Shown piece by piece: positions 51,118-64,000 of a stretch of DNA of 64,000 bases. Origin of the DNA: Balanoglossus misakiensis (Eukaryota; Animalia; Hemichordata); the NCBI GenBank assembly GCA_040954595.2, contig CM082588.2:1678927-1742926 (forward strand), read 5' to 3'. Both the position numbers and the translations under genes were made by a program. How positions within the stretch are numbered: the first letter of the stretch is position 1; each line of letters begins with the position of its first letter. Below the pieces are notes generated by a model that was given only the letters and a program-made list of their open reading frames with translations, made no database searches and had not been told where the DNA came from.

Positions 51118-54100
51118 AATTTTGAAAATTCGCAAAGTCGAAAAATTGCCATTTTTGGATGATTTTCATGAGCTATAACCCATGATTTTTTTCAAAAAAT
51201 AAAGAAATTTTGAAAATTCGCGAAGTCGAAAAATTGACATTTCTGGATGATTTTCATGAGCTATAACCCATGGTTTTTATCCAAAAACCACCAAGTTTTG
51301 AAATTTCGCGAGGTCGAAAAATTGACATTTCTGGATGATTTTCATGAGCTATAACCCATGGTTTTTATCAAAAAATAACCAAATTTTGAAATTTCGCGAA
51401 GTCGAAAAATTGACATTTCTGGATGATTTTCATGAGCTATAACCCATGTTTTTTTTTATCAAAAAATGACCAAATTTTGAAATTTCGCGAAGTCGAAAAA
51501 TTGACATTTCTCTATGATTTTCATGAGCTATAACCCATGGTTTTTGTCGAAAAACCACCAAATTTTGAAATTTCGCGAAGTCGAAAAAATGATATTTCTG
51601 GATGATTTTCATGAGCTATAACCCATGGTTTTTATCCAAAAACCACCAAATTTTGAAATTTCGCGAGGTCGAAAAATTGACATTTCTGGATGATTTTCAT
51701 GAGCTATAACCCATGGTTGTTATCCAAAAACCACCAAATTTTGAAATTTCGCGAGGTCGAAAAATTGACATTTCTGGATGATTTTCATGAGCTATAACCC
51801 ATGGTTTTTATCCAAAAACCACCAAATTTTGAAATTTCGCGAAGTCGAAAAATTGACATTTCTGGATGATTTTCATGAGCTATAACCCATGGTTTTTATC
51901 CAAAAACCACCCAATTTTGAAATTTCGCGAGGTCGAAAAATTGACATTTCTGGATGATTTTCATGAGCTATAACCCATGGTTTTTATCCAAAAACCACCC
52001 AATTTTGAAATTTCGCGAGGTCGAAAAATTGACATTTCTGGATGATTTTCATGAGCTATAACCCATGGTTTTTATCCAAAAACCACAAAATTTTGAAATT
52101 TCGCGAGGTCGAAAAATTGACATTCCTGGATGATTTTCATGAGCTATAACCCATGGTTTTTATCCAAAAACCACCAAATTTTGAAATTTCGCGAGGTCGA
52201 AAAATTGACATTTCTGGATGATTTTCATGAGCTATAACCCATGGTTTTTATCCAAAAACCACCAAATTTTGAAATTTCGCGAGGTCGAAAAATTGACATT
52301 TCTGGATGATTTTCATGAGCTATAGCTCATGGTTTTTATCCAAAAACCACCAAATTTTGAAATTTCGCGAGGTCGAAAAATTGACATTCCTGGATGATTT
52401 TCATGAGCTATAACCCATGGTTTTTATCCAAAAACCACCAAAATTTGAAATTTCGCGAAGTCGAAAAATTGACATTTCTGGATGATTTTCATGAGCTATA
52501 ACCCATGGTTTTTATCCAAAAACCACCAAATTTTGAAATTTCGCGAAGTCGAAAAATTGACATTTCTGGATGATTTTCATGAGCTATAACCCATGGTTTT
52601 TATCCAAAAACCACCAAATATTGAAATTTCGCGAAGTCGAAAAATTGACATTTCTGGATGATTTTCATGAGCTATAACCCATGGTTTTTATCCAAAAACC
52701 ACCAAATTATGAAATTTCGCGAAGTCGAAAAATTGACATTTCTGGATGATTTTCATGAGCTATAACCCATGGTTTTTATCCAAAAACCACCCAATTTTGA
52801 AATTTCGCGAGGTCGAAAAATTGACATTTCTGGATGATTTTCATGAGCTATAACCCATGGTTTTTATCCAAAAACCACCCAATTTTGAAATTTCGCGAGG
52901 TCGAAAAATTGACATTTCTGGATGATTTTCATGAGCTATAACCCATGGTTTTTATCCAAAAACCACAAAATTTTGAAATTTCGCGAGGTCGAAAAATTGA
53001 CATTCCTGGATGATTTTCATGAGCTATAACCCATGGTTTTTATCCAAAAACCACCAAATTTTGAAATTTCGCGAGGTCGAAAAATTGACATTTCTGGATG
53101 ATTTTCATGAGCTATAACCCATGGTTTTTATCCAAAAACCACCAAATTTTGAAATTTCGCGAGGTCGAAAAATTGACATTTCTGGATGATTTTCATGAGC
53201 TATAGCTCATGGTTTTTATCCAAAAACCACCAAATTTTGAAATTTCGCGAGGTCGAAAAATTGACATTCCTGGATGATTTTCATGAGCTATAACCCATGG
53301 TTTTTATCCAAAAACCACCAAAATTTGAAATTTCGCGAAGTCGAAAAATTGACATTTCTGGATGATTTTCATGAGCTATAACCCATGGTTTTTATCCAAA
53401 AACCACCAAATTTTGAAATTTCGCGAAGTCGAAAAATTGACATTTCTGGATGATTTTCATGAGCTATAACCCATGGTTTTTATCCAAAAACCACCAAATA
53501 TTGAAATTTCGCGAAGTCGAAAAATTGACATTTCTGGATGATTTTCATGAGCTATAACCCATGGTTTTTATCCAAAAACCACCAAATTATGAAATTTCGC
53601 GAAGTCGAAAAATTGACATTTCTGGATGATTTTCATGAGCTATAACCCATGGTTTTTATCCAAAAACCACCAAATTTTGAAATTTCGCGAGGTCGAAAAA
53701 TTGACATTTCTGGATGATTTTCATGAGCTATAACCCATGGTTTTTATCCAAAAACCACCCAATTTTGAAATTTCGCGAGGTCGAAAAATTGACATTTCTG
53801 GATGATTTTCATGATCTATAACCCATGGTTTTTGTCGAAAAACCACCAAATTTTGAAATTTCGCGAAGTCGAAAAATTGACATTTCTGGATGATTTTCAT
53901 GAGCTATAACCCATGGTTTTTGTCGAAAAACCACCAAATTTTGAAATTTCGCGAAGTCGAAAAATTGACATTTCTGGATGATTTTCATGAGCTATAACCC
54001 ATGGTTTTTGTCGAAAAACCACCAAATTTTGAAATTTCGCGAAGTCGAAAAATTGACATTTCTGGATGATTTTCATGAGCTATAACCCATGGTTTTTATC

Positions 54101-57100
54101 CAAAAACCACCAAATTTTGAAATTTCGCGAGGTCGAAAAATTGACATTTCTGGATGATTTTCATGAGCTATAGCTCATGGTTTTTATCCAAAAACCACCA
54201 AATTTTGAAATTTCGCGAGGTCGAAAAATTGACATTTCTGGATGATTTTCATGAGCTATAGCTCATGGTTTTTATCCAAAAACCACCAAATTTTGAAATT
54301 TCGCGAGGTCGAAAAATTGACATTCCTGGATGATTTTCATGAGCTATAACCAATGGTTTTTATCCAAAAACCACAAAAATTTGAAATTTCGCGAAGTCGA
54401 AAAATTGACATTTCTGGATGATTTTCATGAGCTATAACCCATGGTTTTTATCCAAAAACCACCAAATTTTGAAATTTCGCGAAGTCGAAAAATTGACATT
54501 TCTGGATGATTTTCATGAGCTATAACCCATGGTTTTTATCCAAAAACCACCAAATTTTGAAATTTCGCGAGGTCGAAAAATTGACATTTCTGGATGATTT
54601 TCATGAGCTATAACCCATGGTTTTTATCCAAAAACCCCCCAATTTTGAAATTTCGCGAGGTCGAAAAATTGACATTTCTGGATGATTTTCATGAGCTATA
54701 ACCCATGGTTTTTGTCGAAAAACCACCAAATTTTGAAATTTCGCGAAGTCGAAAAATTGACATTTCTGGATGATTTTCATGAGCTATAACCCATGGTTTT
54801 TGTCGAAAAACCACCAAATTTTGAAATTTCGCGAAGTCGAAAAATTGACATTTCTGGATGATTTTCATGAGCTATAACCCATGGTTTTTGTCGAAAAACC
54901 ACCAAATTTTGAAATTTCGCGAAGTCGAAAAATTGACATTTCTGGATGATTTTCATGAGCTATAGCCCATGGTTTTTGTCGAAAAACCACAAAATTTTGA
55001 AATTTCGCGAAGTCGAAAAATTGACATTTCTGGATGATTTTCATGAGCTATAACCCATGGTTTTTGTCGAAAAACCACCAAATTTTGAAATTTCGCGAAG
55101 TCGAAAAATTGACATTTCTGGATGATTTTCATGAGCTATAACCTATGGTTTTTGTCGAAAAACCACCAAATTTTGAAATTTCGCGAAGTCGAAAAATTGA
55201 CATTTCTGGATGATTTTCATGAGCTATAACCTATGGTTTTTGTCGAAAAACCACCAAATTTTGAAATTTCGCGAAGTCGAAAAATTGACATTTCTGGATG
55301 ATTTTCATGAGCTATAACCCATGGTTTTTGTCGAAAAACCACCAAATTTTGAAATTTCGCGAAGTCGAAAAATTGACATTTCTGGATGATTTTCATGAGC
55401 TATAACCCATGGTTTTTGTCGAAAAACCACCAAATTTTGAAATTTCGCGAAGTCGAAAAATTGACATTTCTGGATGATTTTCATGAGCTATAACCCATGG
55501 TTTTGTCGAAAAACCACCAAATTTTGAAATTTCGCGAAGTCGAAAAATTGACATTTCTGGATGATTTTCATGAGCTATAGCCCATGGTTTTTGTCGAAAA
55601 AGCACCAAATTTTGAAATTTCGCGAAGTCGAAAAATTGACATTTCTGGATGATTTTCATGAGCTATAACCCATGGTTTTTGTCGAAAAAGCACCAAATTT
55701 TGAAATTTCGCGAAGTCGAAAAATTGACATTTCTGCATGATTTTCATGAGCTATAACCCATGGTTTTTGTCGAAAAGCACCTAATTTTGAAATTTCGCGA
55801 AGTCGAAAAATTGACATTTCTGGATGATTTTCATGAGCTATAACCCATGGTTTTTGTCGAAAAACCACCAAATTTTGAAATTTCGCGAAGTCGAAAAATT
55901 GACATTTCTGGATGATTTTCATGAGCTATAGCCCATGGTTTTTGTCGAAAAACCACCAAATTTGAAATTTCGCGAAGTCGAAAAATTGACATTTCTGGAT
56001 GATTTTCATGAGGTATAACCCATGTTTTTGTCGAAAAAGCACCAAATTTTGAAATTTCGCGAAGTCGAAAAAATTGACATTTCTGGATGATTTTCATGAG
56101 CTATAACCCATGGTTTTTGTCGAAAAACCACCAAATTTTGAAATTTCGCGAAGTCGAATAATTGACATTTCTGGATGATTTTCATGAGCTATAACCCATG
56201 GTTTTTGTCGAAAAACCACCAAATTTTGAAATTTCGCGAAGTCGAAAAATTGACATTTCTGGATGATTTTCATGAGCTATAACCCATGGTTTTTGTCGAA
56301 AAACCACCAAATTTTGAAATTTCGCGAAGTCGAATAATTGACATTTCTGGATGATTTCATGAGCTATAACCCATGGTTTTTGTCGAAAAACCACCAAATT
56401 TTGAAATTTCGCGAAGTCGAAAAATTGACATTTCTGGATGATTTTCATGAGCTATAACCCATGGTTTTTGTCGAAAAAGCACCAAATTTTGAAATTACGC
56501 GAAGTCGAAAAATTGACATTTCTGGATGATTTTCATGAGCTATAACCCATGGTTTTTGTCGAAAAAGCACCAAATTTTGAAATTTCGCGAAGTCGAAAAA
56601 TTGACATTTCTGGATGATTTTCATGAGCTATAACCCATGGTTTTTGTCGAAAAACCACCAAATTTTGAAATTTCGCGAAGTCGAAAAATAGACATTTCTG
56701 GATGATTTTCATGAGCTATAGCCCATGGTTTTTGTCGAAAAACCACCAAATTTTGAAATTTCGCGAAGTCGAAAAATTGACATTTCGGGATGATTTTCAT
56801 GAGCTATAACCCATGGTTTTTGTCGAAAAAGCACCAAATTTTGAAATTTCGCGAAGTCGAAAAATTGACATTTCTGGATGATTTTCATGAGCTATAGCCC
56901 ATGGTTTTTGACGAAAAACCACCAAATTTTGAAATTTCGCGAAGTCGAAAAATTGACATTTCTGGATGATTTTCATGAGCTATAACCCATGGTTTTTGTC
57001 GAAAAAGCACCATATTTTGAAATTTCGCGAAGTCGAAAAATTGACATTTCTGGATGATTTTCATGAGTTATAGCCCATGGTTTTTGTCGAAAAAGCACCA

Positions 57101-60100
57101 AATTTTGAAATTTCGCGAAGTCGAAAAATTGACATTTCTGGATGATTTTCATGAGCTATAACCCATGGTTTTTGTCGAAAAAGCAGCAAATTTTGAAATT
57201 TCGCGAAGTCGAAAAATTGACATTTCTGGATGATTTTCATGAGCTATAACCCATGGTTTTTGTCGAAAAAGCACCAAATTTTGAATTTCGCGAAGTCGAA
57301 AAATTGACATTTCTGGATGATTTTCATGAGCTATAACCCATGGTTTTTGTCGAAAAAGCACCAAATTTTGAAATTTCGCGAAGTCGAAAAATTGACATTT
57401 CTGGATGATTTTCATGAGCTATAACCCATGGTTTTTGTCGAAAAACCACCAAATTTTGAAATTTCGCGAAGTCGAAAAATTGACATTTCTGGATGATTTT
57501 CATGAGCTATAACCCATGGTTTTTGTCGAAAAAGCATCAAATTTTGAAATTTCGCGAAGTCGAAAAATTGACATTTCTGGATGATTTTCATGAGCTATAA
57601 CCCATGGTTTTTGTCGAAAAAGCACCAAATTTTGAAATTTCGCGAAGTCGAAAAATTGACATTTCTGGATGATTTTCATGAGCTATAACCCATGGTTTTT
57701 GTCGAAAAACCACCAAATTTTGAAATTTCGCGAAGTCGAAAAATTGACATTTCTGGATGATTTTCATGAGCTATAACCCATGGTTTTTGTCGAAAAACCA
57801 CCAAATTTTGAAATTTCGCGAAGTCGAAAAATTGACATTTCTGGATGATTTTCATGAGCTATAACCCATGGTTTTTGTCGAAAAAACCACCAAATTTTGA
57901 AATTTCGCGAAGTCGAAAAATTGACATTTCAGGATGATTTTCATGAGCTATAGCCCATGGTTTTTGTCGAAAAACCACCAAATTTTGAAATTTCGCGAAG
58001 TCGAAAAATTGACATTTCTGGATGATTTTCATTAGCTATAGCCCATGGTTTTTTGTCGAAAAACCACCAAATTTTGAAATTTCGCGAAGTCGAAAAATTG
58101 AAATTTCTGGATGATTTTCATGAGCTATAACCCATGGTTTTTGTCGAAAAACCACCAAATTTTGAAATTTCGCGAAGTCGAAAAATTGACATTTCTGGAT
58201 GATTTTCATGAGCTATAACCCATGGTTTTTGTCGAAAAAGCACCAAATTTTGAAATTTCGCGAAGTCGAAAGATTGACATTTCTGGATGATTTTCATGAG
58301 CTATAGCCCATGGTTTTTGTCGAAAAAGCACCAAATTTTGATATTTCGCGAAGTCGAAAAATTGACATTTCTGGATGATTTTCATGAGCTATAACCCATG
58401 GTTTTTGTCAAAAAAGCACCAAATTTTGAAATTCGCGAAGTCGAAAAATTGACATTTCTGGATGATTTTCATGAGCTATAGCCCATGGTTTTTGTCGAAA
58501 AAGCACCAAATTTTGAAATTTCGCGAAGTCGAAAAATTGACATTTCCTGGATGATTTTCATGAGCTATAACCCATGGTTTTTGTCGAAAATGCAGCAAAT
58601 TTTGAAATTTCGCGAAGTCGAAAAATTGACATTTCTGGATGATTTTCATGAGCTATAACCCATGGTTTTTGTCGAAAAACCAGCAAATTTGAAATTTCGC
58701 GAAGTCGAAAATTGACATTTCTGGATGATTTTCATGAGCTATAACCCATGGTTTTTGTCGAAAAACCACCAAATTTTGAAATTTCGCGAAGTCGAAAAAT
58801 TGACATTTCTGGATGATTTTCATGAGCTATAACCCATGGTTTTTGTCGAAAAACCACCAAATTTTGAAATTTCGCGAAATCGAAAAATTGACATTTCTGG
58901 ATGATTTTCATGAGCTATAGCCCATGGTTTTTGTCGAAAAACCACCAAATTTTGAAATTTCGCGAAGTCGAAAAATGACATTTCTGGATGATTTTCATGA
59001 GCTATAGCCCATGGTTTTTGTCGAAAAACCACCAAATTTTGAAATTTCGCGAAGTCGAAAAATTGACATTTCTGGTTGATTTTCATGAGCTATAGCCCAT
59101 GGTTTTTGTCGAAAAAGCACCAAATTTTGAAATTTCGCGAAGTCGAAAAATTGACATTTCTGGATGATTTTCATGAGCTATATAACCCATGGTTTTGTCG
59201 AAAAAGCACCAAATTTTGAAATTTCCCGAAGTCGAAAAATTGACATTTCTGGATGATTTTCATGAGCTATAACCCATGGTTTTTGTCGAAAAAGCACCAA
59301 ATTTTGAAATTTCCGCGAAGTCAAAAAATTGACATTTCTGGATGATTTTCATGAGCTATAACCCATGGTTTTTGTCGAAAAAGCACCAAATTTTGAAATT
59401 TCGCGAAGTCGAAAAATTGACATTTCTGGATGATTTTCATGAGCTATAACCCATGGTTTTTGTCGAAAAACCACCAAATTTTGATATTTCGCGAAGTCGA
59501 AAAATTGACATTTCTGGATGATTTTCATGAGCTATAGCCCATGGTTTTTGTCGAAAAAGCACCAAAATTTGAAATTTCGCGAAGTCGAAAAATTGACATT
59601 TCTGGATGATTTTCATGAGCTATAACCCATGGTTTTTGTCGAAAAACCACCAAATTTTGAAATTTCGCGATGTCGAAAAATTGACATTTCTGGATGATTT
59701 TCATGAGCTATAACCCATGGTTTTTGTCGAAAAACCACCAAATTTTGAAATTTCGCGAAGTCGAAAAATTGACAATTCTGGATGATTTTCATGAGCTATA
59801 ACCCATGGTTTTTGTCGAAAAACCACCAAATTTTGAAATTTCGCGAAGTCGAAAAATTGACATTTCTGGATGATTTTCATGAGCTATAGCCCATGGTTTT
59901 TGTCGAAAAAGCACCAAATTTTGAAATTTCGCGAAGTCGAAAAATTGACATTTCTGGATGATTTTCATGAGCTATAACCCATGGTTTTTGTCGAAAAAGC
60001 ACCAAATTTTGAAATTTCGCGAAGTCGAAAAATTGACATTTCTGGATGATTTTCATGAGCTATAGCCCATGGTTTTTGTCGAAAAACCACCAAATTTTGA

Positions 60101-63100
60101 AATTTCGCGAAGTCGAAAATTGACATTTCTGGATGATTTTCATGAGCTATAACCCATGGTTTTTGTCGAAAAAGCACCAAATTTTGAAATTTCGCGAAGT
60201 CGAAAAATTGACATTTCTGGATGATTTTCATGAGCTATAACCCATGGTTTTTGTCGAAAAACCACCAAATTTTGAAATTTCGCGAAGTCGAAAAATTGAC
60301 ATTTCTGGATGATTTTCATGAGCTATAACCCATGGTTTTTGTCGAAAAACCACCAAATTTTGAAATTTCGCGAAGTCGAAAAATTGACATTTCTGGATGA
60401 TTTTCATGAGCTATAACCCATGGTTTTTGTCGAAAAGGCACCAAATTTTGAAATTTCGCGAAGTCGAAAAATTGAAATTTCTGGATGATTTTCATGAGCT
60501 ATAACCCATGGTTTTTGTCGAAAAACCACCAAATTTTGAAATTTCGCGAAGTCGAAAAATTGACATTTCTGGATGATTTTCATGAGCTATAACCCATGGT
60601 TTTTGTCGAAAAACCACCAAATTTTGAAATTTCGCGAAGTCGAAAAATTGACATTTCTGGATGATTTTCATGAGCTATAGCCCATGGTTTTTGTCGAAAA
60701 ACCACCAAATTTTGAAATTTCGCGAAGTCGAAAAATTGACATTTCTGGATGATTTTCATGAGCTATAACCCATGGTTTTTGTCGAAAAACCACCAAATTT
60801 TGAAATTTCGCGAAGTCGAAAAATTGACATTTCTGGATGATTTTCATGAGCTATAACCCATGGTTTTTGTCGAAAAACCACCAAATTTTGAAATTTCGCG
60901 AAGTCGAAAAATTGACATTTCTGGATGATTTTCATGAGCTATAGCCCATGGTTTTTGTCGAAAAAGCACCAAATTTTGAAATTTCGCGAAGTCGAAAAAT
61001 TGACATTTCTGGATGATTTTCATGAGCTATAGCCCATGGTTTTTGTCGAAAAAGCACCAAATTTTGAAATTTCGCGAAGTCGAAAAATTGACATTTCTAG
61101 ATGATTTTCATGAGCTATAGCCCATGGTTTTTGTCGAAAAAGCACCAAATTTTGAAATTTCGCGAAGTCGAAAAATTGACATTTCTGGATGATTTTCATG
61201 AGCTATAACCCATGGTTTTTGTCGAAAAAGCACCAAATTTTGAAATTTCGCGAAGTCGAAAAATTGACATTTCTGGATGATTTTCATGAGCTATAACCCA
61301 TGGTTTTTGTCGAAAAAGCACCAAATTTTGAAATTTCGCGAAGTCGAAAAATTGACATTTCTGGATGATTTTCATGAGCTATAACCCATGGTTTTTGTCG
61401 AAAAAGCACCAAATTTTGAAATTTCGCGAAGTCGAAAAATTGACATTTCTGGATGATTTTCATGAGCTATAACCCATGGTTTTTGTCGAAAAAGCACCAA
61501 ATTTTGAAATTTCGCGAAGTCGAAAAATTGACATTTCTGGATGATTTTCATGAGCTATAACCCATGGTTTTTGTCGAAAAACCACCAAATTTTGAAATTT
61601 CGCGAAGTCGAAAAATTGACATTTCTGGATGATTTTCATGAGCTATAACCCATGGTTTTTGTCGAAAAACCACCAAATTTTGAAATTTCGCGAAGTCGAA
61701 AAATTGACATTTCTGGATGATTTTCATGAGCTATAACCCATGGTTTTTGTCGAAAAACCACCAAATTTTGAAATTTCGCGAAGTCGAAAAATTGACATTT
61801 CTGGATGATTTTCATGAGCTATAACCCATGGTTTTTGTCGAAAAACCACCAAATTTTGAAATTTCGCGAAGTCGAAAAATTGACATTTCTGGATGATTTT
61901 CATGAGCTATAACCCATGGTTTTTGTCGAAAAACCACCAAATTTTGAAATTTCGCGAAGTCGAAAAATTGACATTTCTGGATGATTTTCATGAGCTATAA
62001 CCCATGGTTTTTGACGAAAAAACACCAAATTTTGAAATTTCGCGAAGTCGAAAAATTGACATTTCTGGATGATTTTCATGAGCTATAACCCATGGTTTTG
62101 TCGAAAAAGCACCAAATTTTGAAATTTCGCGAAGTCGAAAAATTGACATTTCTGGATGATTTTCATGAGCTATAACCCATGGTTTTTGTCGAAAAACCAC
62201 CAAAATTTTGAAATTTCGCGAAGTCGAAAAATTGGACATTTCTGGATGATTTTCATGAGCTATAACCCATGGTTTTTGTCGAAAAACCACCAAATTTTGA
62301 AATTTCGCGAAGTCGAAAAATTTGACATTTCTGGATGATTTTCATGAGCTATAGCCCATGGTTTTTGTCGAAAAACCACCAAAATTTTGAAATTTCGCGA
62401 TGTCGAAAAATTGACATTTCTGGATGATTTTCATGAGCTATAACCCATGGTTTTTGTCGAAAAACCACCAAATTTTGAAATTTCGCGAAGTCGAAAAATT
62501 GACATTTCTGGATGATTTTCATGAGCTATAACCCATGGTTTTTGTCGAAAAACCACCAAATTTTGAAATTTCGCGAAGTCGAAAAATTGACATTTCTGGA
62601 TGATTTTCATGAGCTATAGCCCATGGTTTTTGTCGAAAAAGCACCAAATTTTGAAATTTCGCGAAGTCGAAAAATTGACATTTCTGGATGATTTTCATGA
62701 GCTATAGCCATGGTTTTTGTCGAAAAAGCACCAAATTTTGAAATTTCGCGAAGTCGAAAAATTGACATTTCTGGATGATTTTCATGAGCTATAGCCCATG
62801 GTTTTTGTCGAAAAAGCACCAAATTTTGAAATTTCGCGAAGTCGAAAAATTGACATTTCTGGATGATTTTCATGAGCTATAGCCCATGGTTTTTGTCGAA
62901 AAAGCACCAAATTTTGAAATTTCGCGAAGTCGAAATATTGACATTTCTGGATGATTTTCATGAGCTATAACCCATGGTTTTTGTCGAAAAACCACCAAAT
63001 TTTGAAATTTCGCGAAGTCGAAAAATTGACATTTCTGGATGATTTTCATGAGCTATAACCCATGGTTTTTGTCGAAAAACCACCAAATTTTGAAATTTCG

Positions 63101-64000
63101 CGAAGTCGAAAAATTGACATTTCTGGATGATTTTCATGAGCTATAACCCATGGTTTTTGTCGAAAACCACCAAATTTTGAAATTTCGCGAAGTCGAAAAA
63201 TTGACATTTCTGGATGATTTTCATGAGCTATAACCCATGGTTTTTGTCGAAAAACCACCAAATTTTGAAATTTCGCGAAGTCGAAAAATTGACATTTCTG
63301 GATGATTTTCATGAGCTATAACCCATGGTTTTTGTCGAAAAACCACCAAATTTTGAAATTTCGCGAAGTCGAAAAATTGACATTTCTGGATGATTTTCAT
63401 GAGCTATAACCCATGGTTTTTGTCGAAAAAGCACCAAATTTTGAAATTTCGCGAAGTCGAAAAATTGACATTTCTGGATGATTTTCATGAGCTATAACCC
63501 ATGGTTTTTGTCGAAAAACCACCAAATTTTGAAATTTCGCGAAGTCGAAAAATTGACATTTCTGGATGATTTTCATGAGCTATAACCCATGGTTTTTGTC
63601 GAAAAAGCACCAAATTTTGAAATTTCGCGAAGTCAAAAATTGACATTTCTGGATGATTTTCATGAGCTATAACCCATGGTTTTTGTCGAAAAACCACCAA
63701 ATTTTGAAATTTCGCGAAGTCGAAAAATTGACATTTCTGGATGATTTTCATGAGCTATAGCCCATGGTTTTTGTCGAAAAAGCACCAAATTTTGAAAATT
63801 CGCGAAGTCGAAAAAATTGACTTTCTGGATGATTTTCATGAGCTATAACCCATGGTTTTTGTCGAAAAACCACCAAATTTTGAAATTTCGCGAGTCGAAA
63901 ATGACATTTCTGGATGAATTTCATGAGCTAACAGCCCCATGGTTATAGTGTCGCAAAAGCAACCAAATTAGTGAAATTTCCGCGAGATGTCTAAAAATTG
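51118..64000. repeat. 88-bp satellite DNA array (about 146 monomers; runs off the window end)
   Basis: Consensus TTTTGAAATTTCGCGAAGTCGAAAAATTGACATTTCTGGATGATTTTCATGAGCTATAACCCATGGTTTTTGTCGAAAAACCACCAAA repeated head to tail. The first 4-5 monomers are more diverged. Confidence 0.98.

Noticed and set aside
51430-63751. Repeated 88-aa ORFs (MKIIQKCQFFDFAKFQN...) in the array
   Set aside because: They are translations of the 88-bp satellite, opened by single-base indels. There is no coding signature.
51118-64000. CRISPR array or CENP-B box interpretation
   Set aside because: There are no unique spacers and the context is eukaryotic. TTCGCGAAGTCGAAA does not fit the TTCG-N4-A-N2-CGGG CENP-B consensus.

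Overview
AT-rich eukaryotic (metazoan, probably marine invertebrate; taxon is inference) genomic DNA with spliced genes. 1-10.3 kb is a dense block of five genes in alternating orientation: ASCC3 exon 1 (-), CLYBL (+), SNIP1 (-), BLOC1S3 (+) and a secreted VWD-domain glycoprotein (-). 11301-14300 is an internally deleted, pseudogenised Academ (AcademX-type: XPG/H3TH plus Cys8 finger) DNA transposon with 32-bp TIRs and a 3-bp TSD. 15.5-47.3 kb is a complete 26-exon tomosyn (STXBP5/5L) gene whose second intron is a 17.4-kb U12-type intron. Several MITEs lie in and after it, including two TAG...CTA elements with 9-bp TSDs (AcademH-like). From about 51.1 kb to the end is an 88-bp satellite array with a 10-monomer higher-order duplication, layered subfamilies and dyad symmetry. 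All coordinates were read by eye and no searches were run. I did not find a clearly new biological system. The best leads are the giant minor intron, the co-occurring Academ lineages, a pre-miRNA-like hairpin and the gene/satellite boundary.
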